A DNA stretch of 64,000 bases from Oopsacas minuta (Eukaryota > Animalia > Porifera). The notes beneath the pieces were generated by a model, which did not search any database, was not told the origin of the DNA, and was given only the letters and a program-made list of their open reading frames with translations. Shown piece by piece: positions 1 to 11,500 of this stretch. Position numbers and translations under genes: made by a program. The stretch's first letter is position 1, and every line of letters begins with the position of its first letter. The stretch spans positions 124,001-188,000 of the forward strand of contig JAKMXF010000343.1 in the NCBI GenBank assembly GCA_024704765.1, in the 5' to 3' direction.

Positions 1-2
1 AA

Positions 3-743
3 GTGGGATGTAACTTACTTGTATGTCGTGAAGACATGGCACGACACATTGAGCAGGAGTGCGTAGAGAAGAAGGTAGAGTGTCCGTTTAGAAAATACAA
101 GTGTGAAGTAGGACTAATCAAGAGGAAGGAACTCAATCAACATTTGAAGGAGAAGAGGACTGAACACACAGAATTGAAACTCAGTGCTATGGAAGAGATT
201 ATTATGCAACAGAGCGAAATGAATTCTACACATAACGAAATAATAAGGAAACAGGGCGAATCGATTTCTAAACAGAAAGAAACTATTGAACGTATGTCCC
301 AAGAGATAGATGCATTAAAAACAGAGGCTAACGATTTGAAGCAAGTTTCCCTTAATGCCACTAAACTACACTGGCGAATAAATGACGTACGAAAGATAAC
401 GACTCCATTTTCTGTTTTCACACATCAAGAACAGTTTCATGCCGACGGATATAACATTATACTTAAGCATTATTACGCTACCAGAGATATTTTTGAGATT
501 CAATTCCACCCACATGATGGTTGTAGCTATCCATCTTTCAAAGCATTATTTATAACCTCTCTGATTTGTCATAGCAATCCGAGAGGCACAAAGTTACTCG
601 GGAGTGAATTATTTCAAGTGCATGAACCAATTTTTCATGGTTATAAGACAATTGGTAAATTCCAGAGATCTGTTATTACAGCAGAATTTATCAAAGATGG
701 AGGCATTGACTTTGAAATAATTGTAGATTGGAAGTTCTTATAA
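3..743 (+). CDS. TRAF-like protein, 3' part (last zinc fingers, coiled coil, divergent MATH/TRAF-C domain); 5' end lies outside the window
   Basis: ORF contains VCREDMARHIEQECVEKKVECPFRKYKCEVGLIKRKELNQHL, shared with all paralogs in the window, then a heptad-rich coil and a LHWRI...FKALFITSLICH...EFIKDGGIDFEIIV MATH-like end. Confidence 0.85.
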   Translation: MGCNLLVCREDMARHIEQECVEKKVECPFRKYKCEVGLIKRKELNQHLKEKRTEHTELKLSAMEEIIMQQSEMNSTHNEIIRKQGESISKQKETIERMSQEIDALKTEANDLKQVSLNATKLHWRINDVRKITTPFSVFTHQEQFHADGYNIILKHYYATRDIFEIQFHPHDGCSYPSFKALFITSLICHSNPRGTKLLGSELFQVHEPIFHGYKTIGKFQRSVITAEFIKDGGIDFEIIVDWKFL

Positions 744-845
744 TTTTACAAGTTGTTTACTTGTTGTTTATATCGTTGATTTCATGTTATGATGCTTTCA
801 AACCCTTCAATTTTCAGTACAGCTTATATAGGATATACTCATATA

Positions 846-1029
846 CAGGGTTTCATCCAGATTTTCTGAACCATACGCCTAAAATGTTCGCCTTCATATT
901 TACGCGCGCCTAGAGTATACATTTAGTATTACGGTATGGGGTCTTCCGCTAATTTTGACCCGCCTAGGTCTATTTTTGCGGAAATATATGCGCCTGTAGC
1001 CGCGTCGCATACGCCTGGATGAAACCCTG
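846..1029. mobile_element. hAT-like MITE
   Basis: Perfect 15-bp TIR CAGGGTTTCATCCAG / CTGGATGAAACCCTG; flanks ctcatata (838-845) and gtcatata (1030-1037) are a 7/8 match to an 8-bp TSD. Confidence 0.8.
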
Positions 1030-1358
1030 GTCATATAGGAAGTGCCTTAATGTGTCGGACGTTGTGCAAGTCAGTGTGACTTTCGGCCCACGATGCTGAA
1101 ATATAGTAGTCAAAGACCAGCGGTTCACAACCTTTTTACCCGTGGACCTGTCATTAGAAATTTTCGTGAATATTTTGGTCCCACCCTAGGACCAATATTC
1201 CATGGGAATCGGTCTCAACATTTGTAAGTGGTTTTCGGGTATGCAGAGTTGAGTCCGATTTAGAGGCTTTACTAATCTTATTTTCACACCTTTAGGCTTA
1301 CATTTCAAATGCCATTAATCTCTTATTATACCAACAAATTAGTCATGTAATAGAATAC

Positions 1359-3068
1359 ATGGCAGATAATAGTGTTGAAATTCTTGAGCCTGAGAAAGGA
1401 AGAGATCTGTGTCGAGTAAGAGGAGAGGGAGGAATATTTCTAGGTTTTAGGAAAGATATTCTAACTGAAAATTTGACACACAGAGAGAATACATTCCTGA
1501 GTTGTACCCGTTGTCAAGGAATATTAAGTGAGGTATGTGTATCGAGTACTGGGGAACAATTTTGTTCCTGTTGTACCAAGGGAGAGGAACAAACACACCC
1601 GAATATATATGTGAGGGATACAGTTCTCTCACTCAAGTGCTCGTGTCCCTTGTTCCAACGGGGCTGTGAATGGCTAGGAACACTAGGTGAATGTGAGAAC
1701 CATCTTGATGTGTGTAGTCATGTGCATGAGAAATGTAAACTAGGATGTGATATAGTGTTACCACGTCATGAGCTATCTATACATGTCAGTGAAAAGTGCA
1801 AACTTCGTGAAATACCTTGGGAGCATTGTCAGGCAGATTTCAAAGTTTGTGATATGCCGAATCATATAGAAAAGTGTCCAAAAATGCCACTTAAGTGTGA
1901 ACTTAAATGTGGCAGAGTGATGTGTCGTATGGATATGGCACATCATCTAGAGAAAGAGTGTGGTCGTGTGGTAGAGAAATGCAAACTAGGATGTGGAATA
2001 GCGCTACCACGTGATGAACTCAATATGCATGTGAATGAAAAGTGTGTACAACGTATGATACCTTGTGAGTACTGTCACATAGATCTCAAAGCTTGTGAAA
2101 TGACAGACCATATTGAAAAGTGTCCAGATATGCCACTTAAGTGTGACTTAAATTGGCAAGTGTGTGTCGTAGGATATGGCACACATCTAAGAAAGATGTG
2201 TCGTGTGGTAGAGAAATGCAAACTAGGATGTGGAAAGTACCCGTGATGAACTCATATGCATGTGAATGAAAAGTGTGACAACGATGATACCTTGTGAGTA
2301 CTGTCACATAGATTCAAAGCTTGTGAATGCTAGATATCTAGAAGAATGTCCAAAAATGCCACTAAAATGTGAACTAGGATGTGGCACAGTGTTTTGCCGA
2401 AACAATATGGCACAACACATAGAGGAAGAATGTGTTGAAAAGATGATAGAGTGTCCGTTTATAAAGTACAAGTGTGAAGTAGGACTAATCAAGAGGAAGG
2501 AACTCAATCAGCATTTGAAGAAGAAGAGGACTGAACACACTGAATTGAAACTCAGTGCAATGGAAAAGATTCTTATGAAACAGAGCAAAATGATTGCTAA
2601 ACAGGGCGAAATGATGGAACAAATGTCTCAAGAAATAGAATCATTAAAAACAGAGGCAAAACTAACTAAAATCACAAATCTATACTGGAAAAAAAAGATA
2701 GAACATATACGCATGAGCCATTCCTTTTTTCTCAAGAAGTACAAGAACAGTTCCAAGCTGACAGATATATCTTTATTCTTAAGCTTCAGCACACTTCTGG
2801 ATATACTTTCATGATTAAATTCTACCCTAAGGATGGATTTGATAATGATAAACTAACTCGGCATTTCAAAGCAGTATTTATAACCTCCCTGATCTGTTAT
2901 GACAAACCGAAATACACAAAAAAACTCGGAGCTAAATTGATTGAAGATCAGGAACAAGGATATTTTTCTCCTCCTAACGCAATTGCTACTTTCCGCCATT
3001 CTGTTATTACAAAAAAATTTATCAAAGACGGATGCATTGAATTAGAGATTAGTGTATGTATTCAATAA
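1359..3068 (+). pseudogene. TRAF-like gene with multiple frameshifts (two extra 3-finger modules); pseudogene or unpolished assembly
   Basis: ORFs 1359-2246, 2266-2814 and 2811-3068 are collinear with intact paralogs; clustered single-base deletions at ~2150-2340 and a -1 shift at the T-run ~2725-2732. Confidence 0.75.
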
Positions 3069-3229
3069 CTTAACTGAAGTTATAATTTGCATTTGAATTT
3101 TGTATAAATATACTGAGATATTTGTAATGTATATATAATTATGGTTACTTTAGAAGTCGGATATATTTAAGATATTTTCGTTTGTTCTATTTTTGTTGTT
3201 GTTTTAATAACTGTTTGTAATAGAAATAA

Positions 3230-4770
3230 ATGGCAGATAATAGTGTTGAAATTCTTGAGTCTGAGAAAGGAAGAGATCTGTGTCGAGTAAGATGAGGGGG
3301 TTCCTCAATATTTCTAGGTTTTAGGAAAGATATTCTAACTGAAAATTTGTCAGACAGAGAGAGTGTACTCTTAATTTGTAAGCGTTGCCAAGGAATTCTA
3401 AGAGAAGCGTGTATATCGAGTACTGGGGAACAATTTTGTTCCTGTTGTACCAAGGGAGAGGAACAAACACACCCGAATATATATGTGAGGGACACAGTTC
3501 TCTCACTCAAGTGCTCGTGTCCCTTGTCCCAACGGGGCTGTGAATGGCTAGGAACACTAGGTGAATGTGAGAACCATCTTGATGTGTGTAGTTATGTTCA
3601 TAAGAAATGTAAACTAGGATGTGAGATAGTGTTGCCACGTCATGAGCTAAAAATACATGTCAGTGAACAGTGTAATTTTCGAGAAATACCGTGCGAGCAT
3701 TGTCAGACAGATTTCAAAGCTGGTGATATGCCAGTTCATATAGAAAAGTGTCCAAAAATGCCACTTAAGTGTGAACTTAAATGTGGCACAGTGATGTGTC
3801 GTATGGATATGGCACATCATCTAGAGAAAGATTGTGGTCGTGTAGTAGTGGAATGCAAACTAGACTGTGGACGAAAGCTACCACGTGATGAGCTCAGTAT
3901 GCATGTGAATACAAAGTGTGTACAACGAATGATACCTTGTGAGTACTGTCACATAGATCTCAAAGCTTGTGAAATGACAATTCATTTGGTAGAGTGTCCA
4001 AAAATGCCACTAAAATGTGAACTAGGATGTGGCACAGTGGTTTGCCGAAACAATATGGCACAACACATAGAGGAAGAATGTGTTGAAAAGATGATAGAGT
4101 GTCCGTTTATAAAGTACAAGTGTGAAGTAGGACTAATCAAGAGGAAGGAACTCAATCAGCATTTGGAAGAGAAGAGGACTGAACACACAGAATTGAAACT
4201 CAGTGCTATGGAAGAGATCCTAATGAAACAGAGCGAAAATCCTACACACAACGAAATAATAAGAAAACAGGGCGAAATGATTGAACAAATGTCTCAAGAA
4301 ATGGAATCATTAAAAACAGAGGCAAAACTAAACAAAGAAATTTTAAAGCAAATTTTACCTAAGATCACAAATCTATACTGGAAAATAAAGATGGAAGATA
4401 TACGTACGAGTATAATCGCCATTACGTTATTCCCATACATCTACAAGAACAGTTCCAAGCTGACAGATATATCTTTGCACTTAAGCTAGAGTACACTCTT
4501 GGAGATAATTTCATGATTAAGTTCTACCCTAAGGATGGATTTGATTATGATAAACTAACTCGGCCTTTCAAAGCATTATTTATAACCTCCCTGATCTGTC
4601 ATTACAACCCGAAATACACAAAAAAACTCGGAGCTAAATTGATTGAAGATCAGGAACAAAGATATTTATCACATCTTAACACAATTGCTACTTTCCGCTA
4701 TTCTGATATTACAAAAGAATTTATCAAAGATAAATGCATTGGATTTGAAATATTTGTAAATATTTTGTAA
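3230..4770 (+). pseudogene. TRAF-like pseudogene (one extra 3-finger module)
   Basis: ATG GCA GAT AAT at 3230 is in frame with ORF 3347-4489 but has TGA at 3293-3295; a -1 shift at ~4405-4440 separates the MATH exon-equivalent (4513-4770). Confidence 0.8.
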
Positions 4771-5011
4771 GCTTAGCTGATGATGTATAATAATATTTTT
4801 GAATTATAAATGTATTCAATTGTTGTTTACTTGTGCTTATGATTACAGAGTTATTCTATAATATCAACGAATTTGTAGATCGTTCTTATGAAATGATGTT
4901 TTGTTGACAATATTTATATATGTATAATGTTCCAACACTTTCATTGTCCAGGCCAGGCTACTTCATGTTTCTAAACTATAAATCAATTCTCAGAGTAATG
5001 CACTAGAATAA

Positions 5012-6298
5012 ATGGCAGATAATAGTGTTAAAATTCTTAAGTCTGAGAAAGGAAGAGATCTGTGTCGAGTAAGAGGAGAGGGAGGAATATTTCTAGGTTT
5101 TAGGAAAGATATTCTAACCGAAAATTTGTCAGAGAGAGACAATGCATTCTTGGTTTGTGCCCGTTGTCAAGGAATATTGAGGGAGGTATGTATATTGAGT
5201 ACTGGGGAACAATTTTGTTCCTGTTGTACCAAGGGAGAGGAACAAACACATCCGAATATGCATGTGAGGGACACAGTCCTCTCACTCAAGTGCTCGTGTC
5301 CCTTGTCCCAACGGGGTTGTGAATGGCTAGGAACACTAGGAGAATGTGAGAACCATCTTGATGTGTGTAGTCATGTTCATGAGAAATGTAAACTAGGATG
5401 TGAGATAGCGTTACCACGTCATGAGCTAAAAATACATGTCAGTGAAAAGTGTAAACTTCGTGGAATACTATGTGAACATTGTCAGACAGATCTGAAGGCT
5501 CAGGATTTGCCTAACCATCTGGAAGAGTGTCAGAACATTCCACAGACATGTGAACTAGGATGTGGCATACTGGTTTGTCGTGAGGACATGGCACGACACC
5601 TAGAGGAGGAGTGTGTAGAAAAGAAGGTAGAGTGTCCGTTTAGAAAGTACAAGTGTGAAGTAGGACTAATCAAGAGGAAAGAACTCAATCAGCATTTGGA
5701 GGAGAAGAGGACTGAACACACAGAATTGAAACTCAGTGCTATGGAAGAGATTCTTTTGCAACAGGGTGAAACAAATTTTTCACAAAGCGAGAAGATACAT
5801 ACACAAAATGAACTGATTGAACAAATGTCTCAAGAAATAGAAACATTAAAAACAGAAGCAAAAAAAGAAGCAAAACTAAACAAATCTGAAGAACATCCTT
5901 CTCCTAAAATCACAAAACTTCTCTGGTGGATACATGACGTACAATATAGAATGCGGCCTTTCCTTCGGTTCTCCTCACCTCAAAAACAGTTTCAAGCTGA
6001 TGGATATCATTTCATAATTAGGCTATACTCCTTTCTAGATAATCCAATTGAGATTCAAGTTAACCCGCAATATGGATTTGGTAATGTTCCATTCAAAGCA
6101 ATATTTGTAACATACCTGATCTGTCCTAGCAACCCGAACGGCACTAAGGAACTCGGAAGCACATTGGTTGAGATGCATAAACGAGAAGTCAATCGTTATG
6201 TCTTCAAGACATTCGCTAAATTCTCGAGATCGTATCTCTCTGATGAATTTATAAAAGAGAGAGGAATTCAATTAGAAATATTTTTACACTTTCAATGA
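5012..6298 (+). CDS. TRAF-like protein, intact 428 aa (degenerate RING, TRAF zinc fingers, coiled coil, MATH-like)
   Basis: Single uninterrupted ORF; CARC..FCSCC, CSCP..GCEWLG, C-x3-C-x11/12-H-x3/4-C fingers, LWWI...FKAIFVTYLICP MATH-like C-terminus. Confidence 0.88.
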   Translation: MADNSVKILKSEKGRDLCRVRGEGGIFLGFRKDILTENLSERDNAFLVCARCQGILREVCILSTGEQFCSCCTKGEEQTHPNMHVRDTVLSLKCSCPLSQRGCEWLGTLGECENHLDVCSHVHEKCKLGCEIALPRHELKIHVSEKCKLRGILCEHCQTDLKAQDLPNHLEECQNIPQTCELGCGILVCREDMARHLEEECVEKKVECPFRKYKCEVGLIKRKELNQHLEEKRTEHTELKLSAMEEILLQQGETNFSQSEKIHTQNELIEQMSQEIETLKTEAKKEAKLNKSEEHPSPKITKLLWWIHDVQYRMRPFLRFSSPQKQFQADGYHFIIRLYSFLDNPIEIQVNPQYGFGNVPFKAIFVTYLICPSNPNGTKELGSTLVEMHKREVNRYVFKTFAKFSRSYLSDEFIKERGIQLEIFLHFQ

Positions 6299-6756
6299 AT
6301 TCGTATTTTTCGTATTTTTTTATTTTATAACTATGATAATCTTCCTTTTGTTGTTATTTACCATGTAGTGCTACATTTTCGAACTATTATATTCTATTGA
6401 TCTTATCAAAAGCCGTTGTTAATGAATAACTTGTTTCAGCTCTACATGATGTCCATCTAAGCATGCGGGCTGGCTGGCGGCATTTCAATATAATAATCTC
6501 ATTACTCTGAATTTCAATGACTCGACTTCTAAATATGTTAATTAAGCGTGTTAAAGGTCTGTGAAGATACTTTTCACTCTTACAATATTCATGAAGGAGG
6601 TAAAATGATTCGGGCGGTGGAGCTGAAACAAGTTTCCAACTAACAGTGGCTTGAATGATTAATTAATTACTAGGTGTTGGTCAAATGATATTTGATATGA
6701 GTATGCTCATATGCAGATATATAGTTCTTATGTGTAATACAATCTTACATAGAAAA

Positions 6757-8076
6757 ATGGCTACTAGAAAAACATACAATTCAGTTGATACGAAAAATAA
6801 TTTGTTATTAGTTGAGAGGACAGATGGCGGCTTTGGAGGATATAATGCTGATTTGTTAGTCGACAGTTTAAGTGCGTTAGAATTACAGTTGCTGGTTTGT
6901 ACGAAATGTAACGGGGTAATGAACCAGGCGTGTCAGGTCGGAGAGGACCAATTACACATGTGTGAATCATGTATGGATGAGGGAGATGAATTTCAACCAA
7001 TGAAATTGTCAAGAAATTCCATCCCAGGTTTAAAATCGAAGTGTCCGCTGGATACCAGAGGGTGCATGTGGTCCGGACCATTGGCGGAGACAGAGGCACA
7101 CCTGGACGAGTGCCAGGAGTTTGTCATTAACTGTCCGAACGAGTGTGAGATCATAATTAAACGAAGTGAATTGGAAAATCATTTGACGGAATGCAAATTA
7201 TTAAAAGTTGAATGTGAACATTGTGGTTTGAGAATATTAAATTCTGACTTGGAAGTACACCATGAAGAGTGTTTAGATATTCAGATAACTTGTCCAAACG
7301 AATGTTCTGTAACTCTTAAACGCTGTGAATCAGAGGATCACGTAGCTACTGACTGTCCAAACACATTAATAAATTGTCCTTTTAAGGCGTTTGGTTGTAA
7401 AGAACTTGTAAAAAGAGGCGAACTAGATCAACACCAACAGGATAGCGAATCGAAACACACTCAATTACAGTTGAACTTTGCTTTATCAAAGATAGAATCT
7501 ATGGAAGAAAACAGGAAGAAAGCAGAGAAACAGTACGCGGAGGATGTTGCAGAACTAAAAGAGAGATTAGATACTCAGGAAGAGACGATTATCGGATTGG
7601 AACAAGAAAAATCACAGTTGAGTTCAAAGTTACAAACAAACAGAAAAGGATCATCAAATTCCCTAACTGGCAGTGTCGAGTTAATTCACGATAATATGAG
7701 GTATTCCTCACCATCTTTGAGCACACCGTCCCCTTCCCTAGAAGACCTAGCAAGCAGTATTGTAATCAAAAACATAGGATCGACGGTCGAGTACAAAAAT
7801 ATAATAACTACAACCGAAAAAGTTGTAATACATTTCTTCGATAATTCAAGTGTTTCCCAAATAATTAACTTTCAATACAAACAAACATCAGCAATGTATC
7901 CTAACATCAAGTTCTGCCAGGCTAATGTCAGCAACGATAGAGGTATATCAAAAGTAGCCGGAGTTAAATTCACACATGAGATACATTTCTATAATCAAGG
8001 CGTTAAAATGAGTATATTGAGATGGAAGGACCAGGAGAGCTATGGTTCTGCACTTTATAACCTGGATACAATTTGA
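6757..8076 (+). CDS. TRAF-type zinc-finger protein with coiled coil and C-terminal thioredoxin-like domain lacking CxxC
   Basis: Likely start MATRKTYNS at 6757 (same start as the paralog at 14898); CTKC..CESC, KCPLDTRGCMWSG, several C-x3-C..H-x4-C fingers; C-terminus KVVIHFF..YPNIKFCQANV..VAGVK..EIHFYNQG follows the thioredoxin strand/helix pattern. Confidence 0.75.
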   Translation: MATRKTYNSVDTKNNLLLVERTDGGFGGYNADLLVDSLSALELQLLVCTKCNGVMNQACQVGEDQLHMCESCMDEGDEFQPMKLSRNSIPGLKSKCPLDTRGCMWSGPLAETEAHLDECQEFVINCPNECEIIIKRSELENHLTECKLLKVECEHCGLRILNSDLEVHHEECLDIQITCPNECSVTLKRCESEDHVATDCPNTLINCPFKAFGCKELVKRGELDQHQQDSESKHTQLQLNFALSKIESMEENRKKAEKQYAEDVAELKERLDTQEETIIGLEQEKSQLSSKLQTNRKGSSNSLTGSVELIHDNMRYSSPSLSTPSPSLEDLASSIVIKNIGSTVEYKNIITTTEKVVIHFFDNSSVSQIINFQYKQTSAMYPNIKFCQANVSNDRGISKVAGVKFTHEIHFYNQGVKMSILRWKDQESYGSALYNLDTI

Positions 8077-8202
8077 TACTATTATTAGAATGATGGATTA
8101 TATTGCTATATATATGCAAATGGTTATTTATACTCAAATGTAAATGTAAGAGAGTTTACAAATATTTAATAATTCCTTGATAATCGTCCCGTTTTAGATG
8201 TA

Positions 8203-8485
8203 CAGTCAACTCCTGTTATATCGAAACTCAAGGGACCGTGATAATTACTCCAATATAGCTGATGAAATAAACAGTACACTTGTAGAGCCACCAGTTAATC
8301 TGGCCAACACCTTTATTCCTCTTAATCGGGTCAAAGTGGCCTGGTCCCGATGTGGCCCTAATAAGTGGTGTCTACTGTGTATGTTACTTTTGTTTGTTTG
8401 GCATCAAATCTGTACAATTTAAGACTTGGATATAAGCGGGTACGTATTGCGATATATCCATGTTAGATGTAACGGGAGTTTACTG
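8203..8485. mobile_element. MITE family A (pogo/Tigger-like, TA TSD) with a second MITE nested at ~8272-8380
   Basis: TA|CAGTCAACTCC...GGAGTTTACTG|TA; internal insertion bounded by CAGTACAC...GTCTACTG. Confidence 0.8.
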
Positions 8486-8536
8486 TATGTATATCTATTG
8501 ACCTTTAGCTCTAATTTATTTGTATTATTTAGTTCA

Positions 8537-11500
8537 ATGTCTAGTCGTCATAGAGCAAGAAGCACAACTTCGTCCCGCGGGGGAGCGACAAGAGGAGCAA
8601 CTCCCGCTCGTCGTGATAGAATAAGATCCACACCAACTGTAACAAGCACAGATGGGAATCTGGACTACATCAGTAGATGTGAAAAATGGTGTGCACAATT
8701 GGACAACAATTCTGCCGTAGAAAATATCCTGAATACCTTGGGAGAATTTCAGGTAATGGTTAACAAGGATCAAATGTCTCGGATGGAATTATCTCGATTA
8801 GTTCTGTTGTTTAATCAGCCACAAATAACAGAAAATACTTTTCAAACTATTCTAAGTTTGAACGATTTATTCTGTGTTTTGGTAAACTCTAAGTTTGTTA
8901 CTTCAAAATTTAATCTTTTGAGATTTTTGGTGAAAACTTTGGATGATTTGCAAGCAAATTCAAACACAGAAAATTTGGTTTTTATCCTAAACAATATCAC
9001 GAGTTTGTTAGGAAATTTGATGAACAAGTTCCCAAATGAACACTGCAATTATTCGCATTGTATTTCACGCCTTTTCGAGCGAATAGAATCTGAAAATTTT
9101 GAAGAAATAATTCCTTTTTACGACAGAGAATATATTTACGAACTTAACTTTGAACTTTCGAGAATAACAATCTCAGAAAGAGAAATACAAATACATCAAG
9201 ACAATTACGCTATTTCCTTCCGAGCGATTGAAATATTTCCAAACTATAATGAGATAGAATTTCCTTCAAACACAGAACTCAAAGCGCTAATAAGAGAAGG
9301 ACAATATGAAGATACAGAATCTTATTTGGATATACATTTTAAGCTGTTACGAGAAGATATGATTTATCCTTTGAAAGTGGCAATCAATTTTCTCATCCAA
9401 CTCGATGAAAATTACGCGACTGGATTATTCACATATGACAATGTTAAAATCGCTAAAATATCTACTCTACCACAACATGGATTAGTTTATCGCGTCACTT
9501 TCACACCTTATGGAATGCAGAATATTAAGAGTTATAACTGGGAACGATCCGACAGGTTAAAATATGGATCTCTACTTTGTCTTTCAAAGAAAAATATAGA
9601 AGGTTATCCAACCTTTAAAGATCCTCTCTGGGCTATTGTTATAAACAAGGAAACTCAAAATCGATTCTGTACAACTAACAATAAAATTCCACAACGGATT
9701 TGAAGAAAAATTCGAGTTTAACACAGAATATTTTATGATTGAATCACGTGAAATATATTTCGAAGCATACAGCCATACTCTAAGTGTATTACAAGATACA
9801 TACGAGGATACGTTACCGTTCAAAGATATCCTATTAGGCTATGTGAATACATGCGAAGCGCCTGAATATATTGATGAGGATACAATATTAAATATCGGCG
9901 ATATGGGAATTGATACGAATGAGTTTCGAGTTGTTGATGAATGGCCGGTGTGTGTGGGTATAAATGATTCACAATTTCGAGCTTTAAAATACGCATTTTC
10001 GAGTCGTGTCGCGTTAATTCAGGGCCCCCCTGGCACAGGTAAAACACACGTAGGTCTTAGTATACTGAAAATACTGTTGAGGACGCGAGCAACACAAATG
10101 CGCGTTAGTTATGCGGATCCGAGATTGAAAGAAAGTCTTTGTGATCAGCCAATTTTAATTTTAACTCAGTCAAATCATGTTTTGGATCAGTTTTTGGAAT
10201 TAATAATGATTGAAGACAGGAATATCGTAAGAATTGGATCTCGTAGTGAAAGTGAAATTATTAAAGCACATTCACTTTCTGAGATAAGAAAATATTTCTG
10301 GAAAGGGGATAAACCATCTCTGACCATTTTGAATTTACGGAGTGCTCAAATATCCGTGAGAAAGGAATTGGACAGACTTGAAAAGATAATAGAAAAATAT
10401 GCACGAGATTTCCAAAACGCAACGAAATTCCCAAAAACTATAATTTCGGAGGAAACTCTTAGGATAGTCGCTTCTAAAGAACATTTTGATAGTTTGTATG
10501 ATACTCATCAAGCAGGGTTTAAAGTGGTTATGAATAAGAGACAGAGTATGTGTGATATCTGGCTACGAGAATTGGGGTTACAAGCTAAACTAGGGGAAAT
10601 TCTTCTAACAAAACAGATCCCGTTAGAGAAAAATCCGTTTGCGATTATAGCAGCTAAAGATTTGACTATTCCTGATGGAAATATTATCGATAAATATCTA
10701 ATTTTAGAAAGGAGGGTTGAGTATTTGGATTTAAAAGAAGAAATTGAGGTCGAGGAGACGGCGACTAGTAACCCACAATCGCCGATAAAACCGCAGGAAA
10801 CCCGCAAAGCAATAAAAGAGCGAAAAATCCTCGAAGAAGCATCGAAAAAATTCAAACAAGCTATCAAAGAAAATCAAAAATTTTTGTCACAAGATATTCC
10901 AGATCGCATTTTAGAAACGAGAAATCTTTGGGTTTTGAAACAAGAAGACAGAGAATTGCTGTATAAATATTGGGTGAAACGAATGATACATGCATATGGC
11001 CTGGTTGTCAAGAGCTATTCTGACAAATATGCAAGTAAAATCAAACAATTAGAAGTGATCAACACTTCGATAGATTTATACATTCTTAAACAAGCTACTA
11101 TCGTTGGCATGACAACGACAGGTGCGGCTAGGAATTCTAAATTAATTCGTAAACTTAAACCGAGGATAGTTATAGTAGATGAAGCGGGTGAAGTTCTAGA
11201 AGCTCATATTATTACAAGTTTATCGCAGACAGTGGAGCATTTAATAATGATCGGAGATCCACAAATGTTAAAACCTTCAACAGCAGTTTCTAGACTCTCC
11301 GATCAATTCAATCTGAACCTCTCCCTATTTGAGAGATTAATCATAAATGATTTCCGCCATGCTACACTCACTCTACAACACCGTATGCGACCGGAAATAT
11401 CCTCTATTATGCGACTCATCTACCCAATGATGGAGGATAATCATATAGTAGCTGACTACGAGCATATTAATGGTATTACTAATAATATGTATTTTGTAAG

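Noticed and set aside
137-421. Antisense ORFs over TRAF genes (also 1447-1632, 3187-3510, 3321-3506, 5100-5285, 21711-22073, 23629-23814)
   Set aside because: They recur only because the sense-strand paralogs are near identical; no independent motifs
8426-8536. N-terminal ORF extensions (also 6685-6756, 60541-60693, 37533-37480, 37915-37977)
   Set aside because: They run through MITEs or AT-rich leaders from non-ATG or weak starts; downstream ATGs match paralogs or orthologs better
9645-9700. Programmed ribosomal frameshift in ZNFX1
   Set aside because: No canonical slippery heptamer or obvious stimulatory structure; indel error or mutation is simpler
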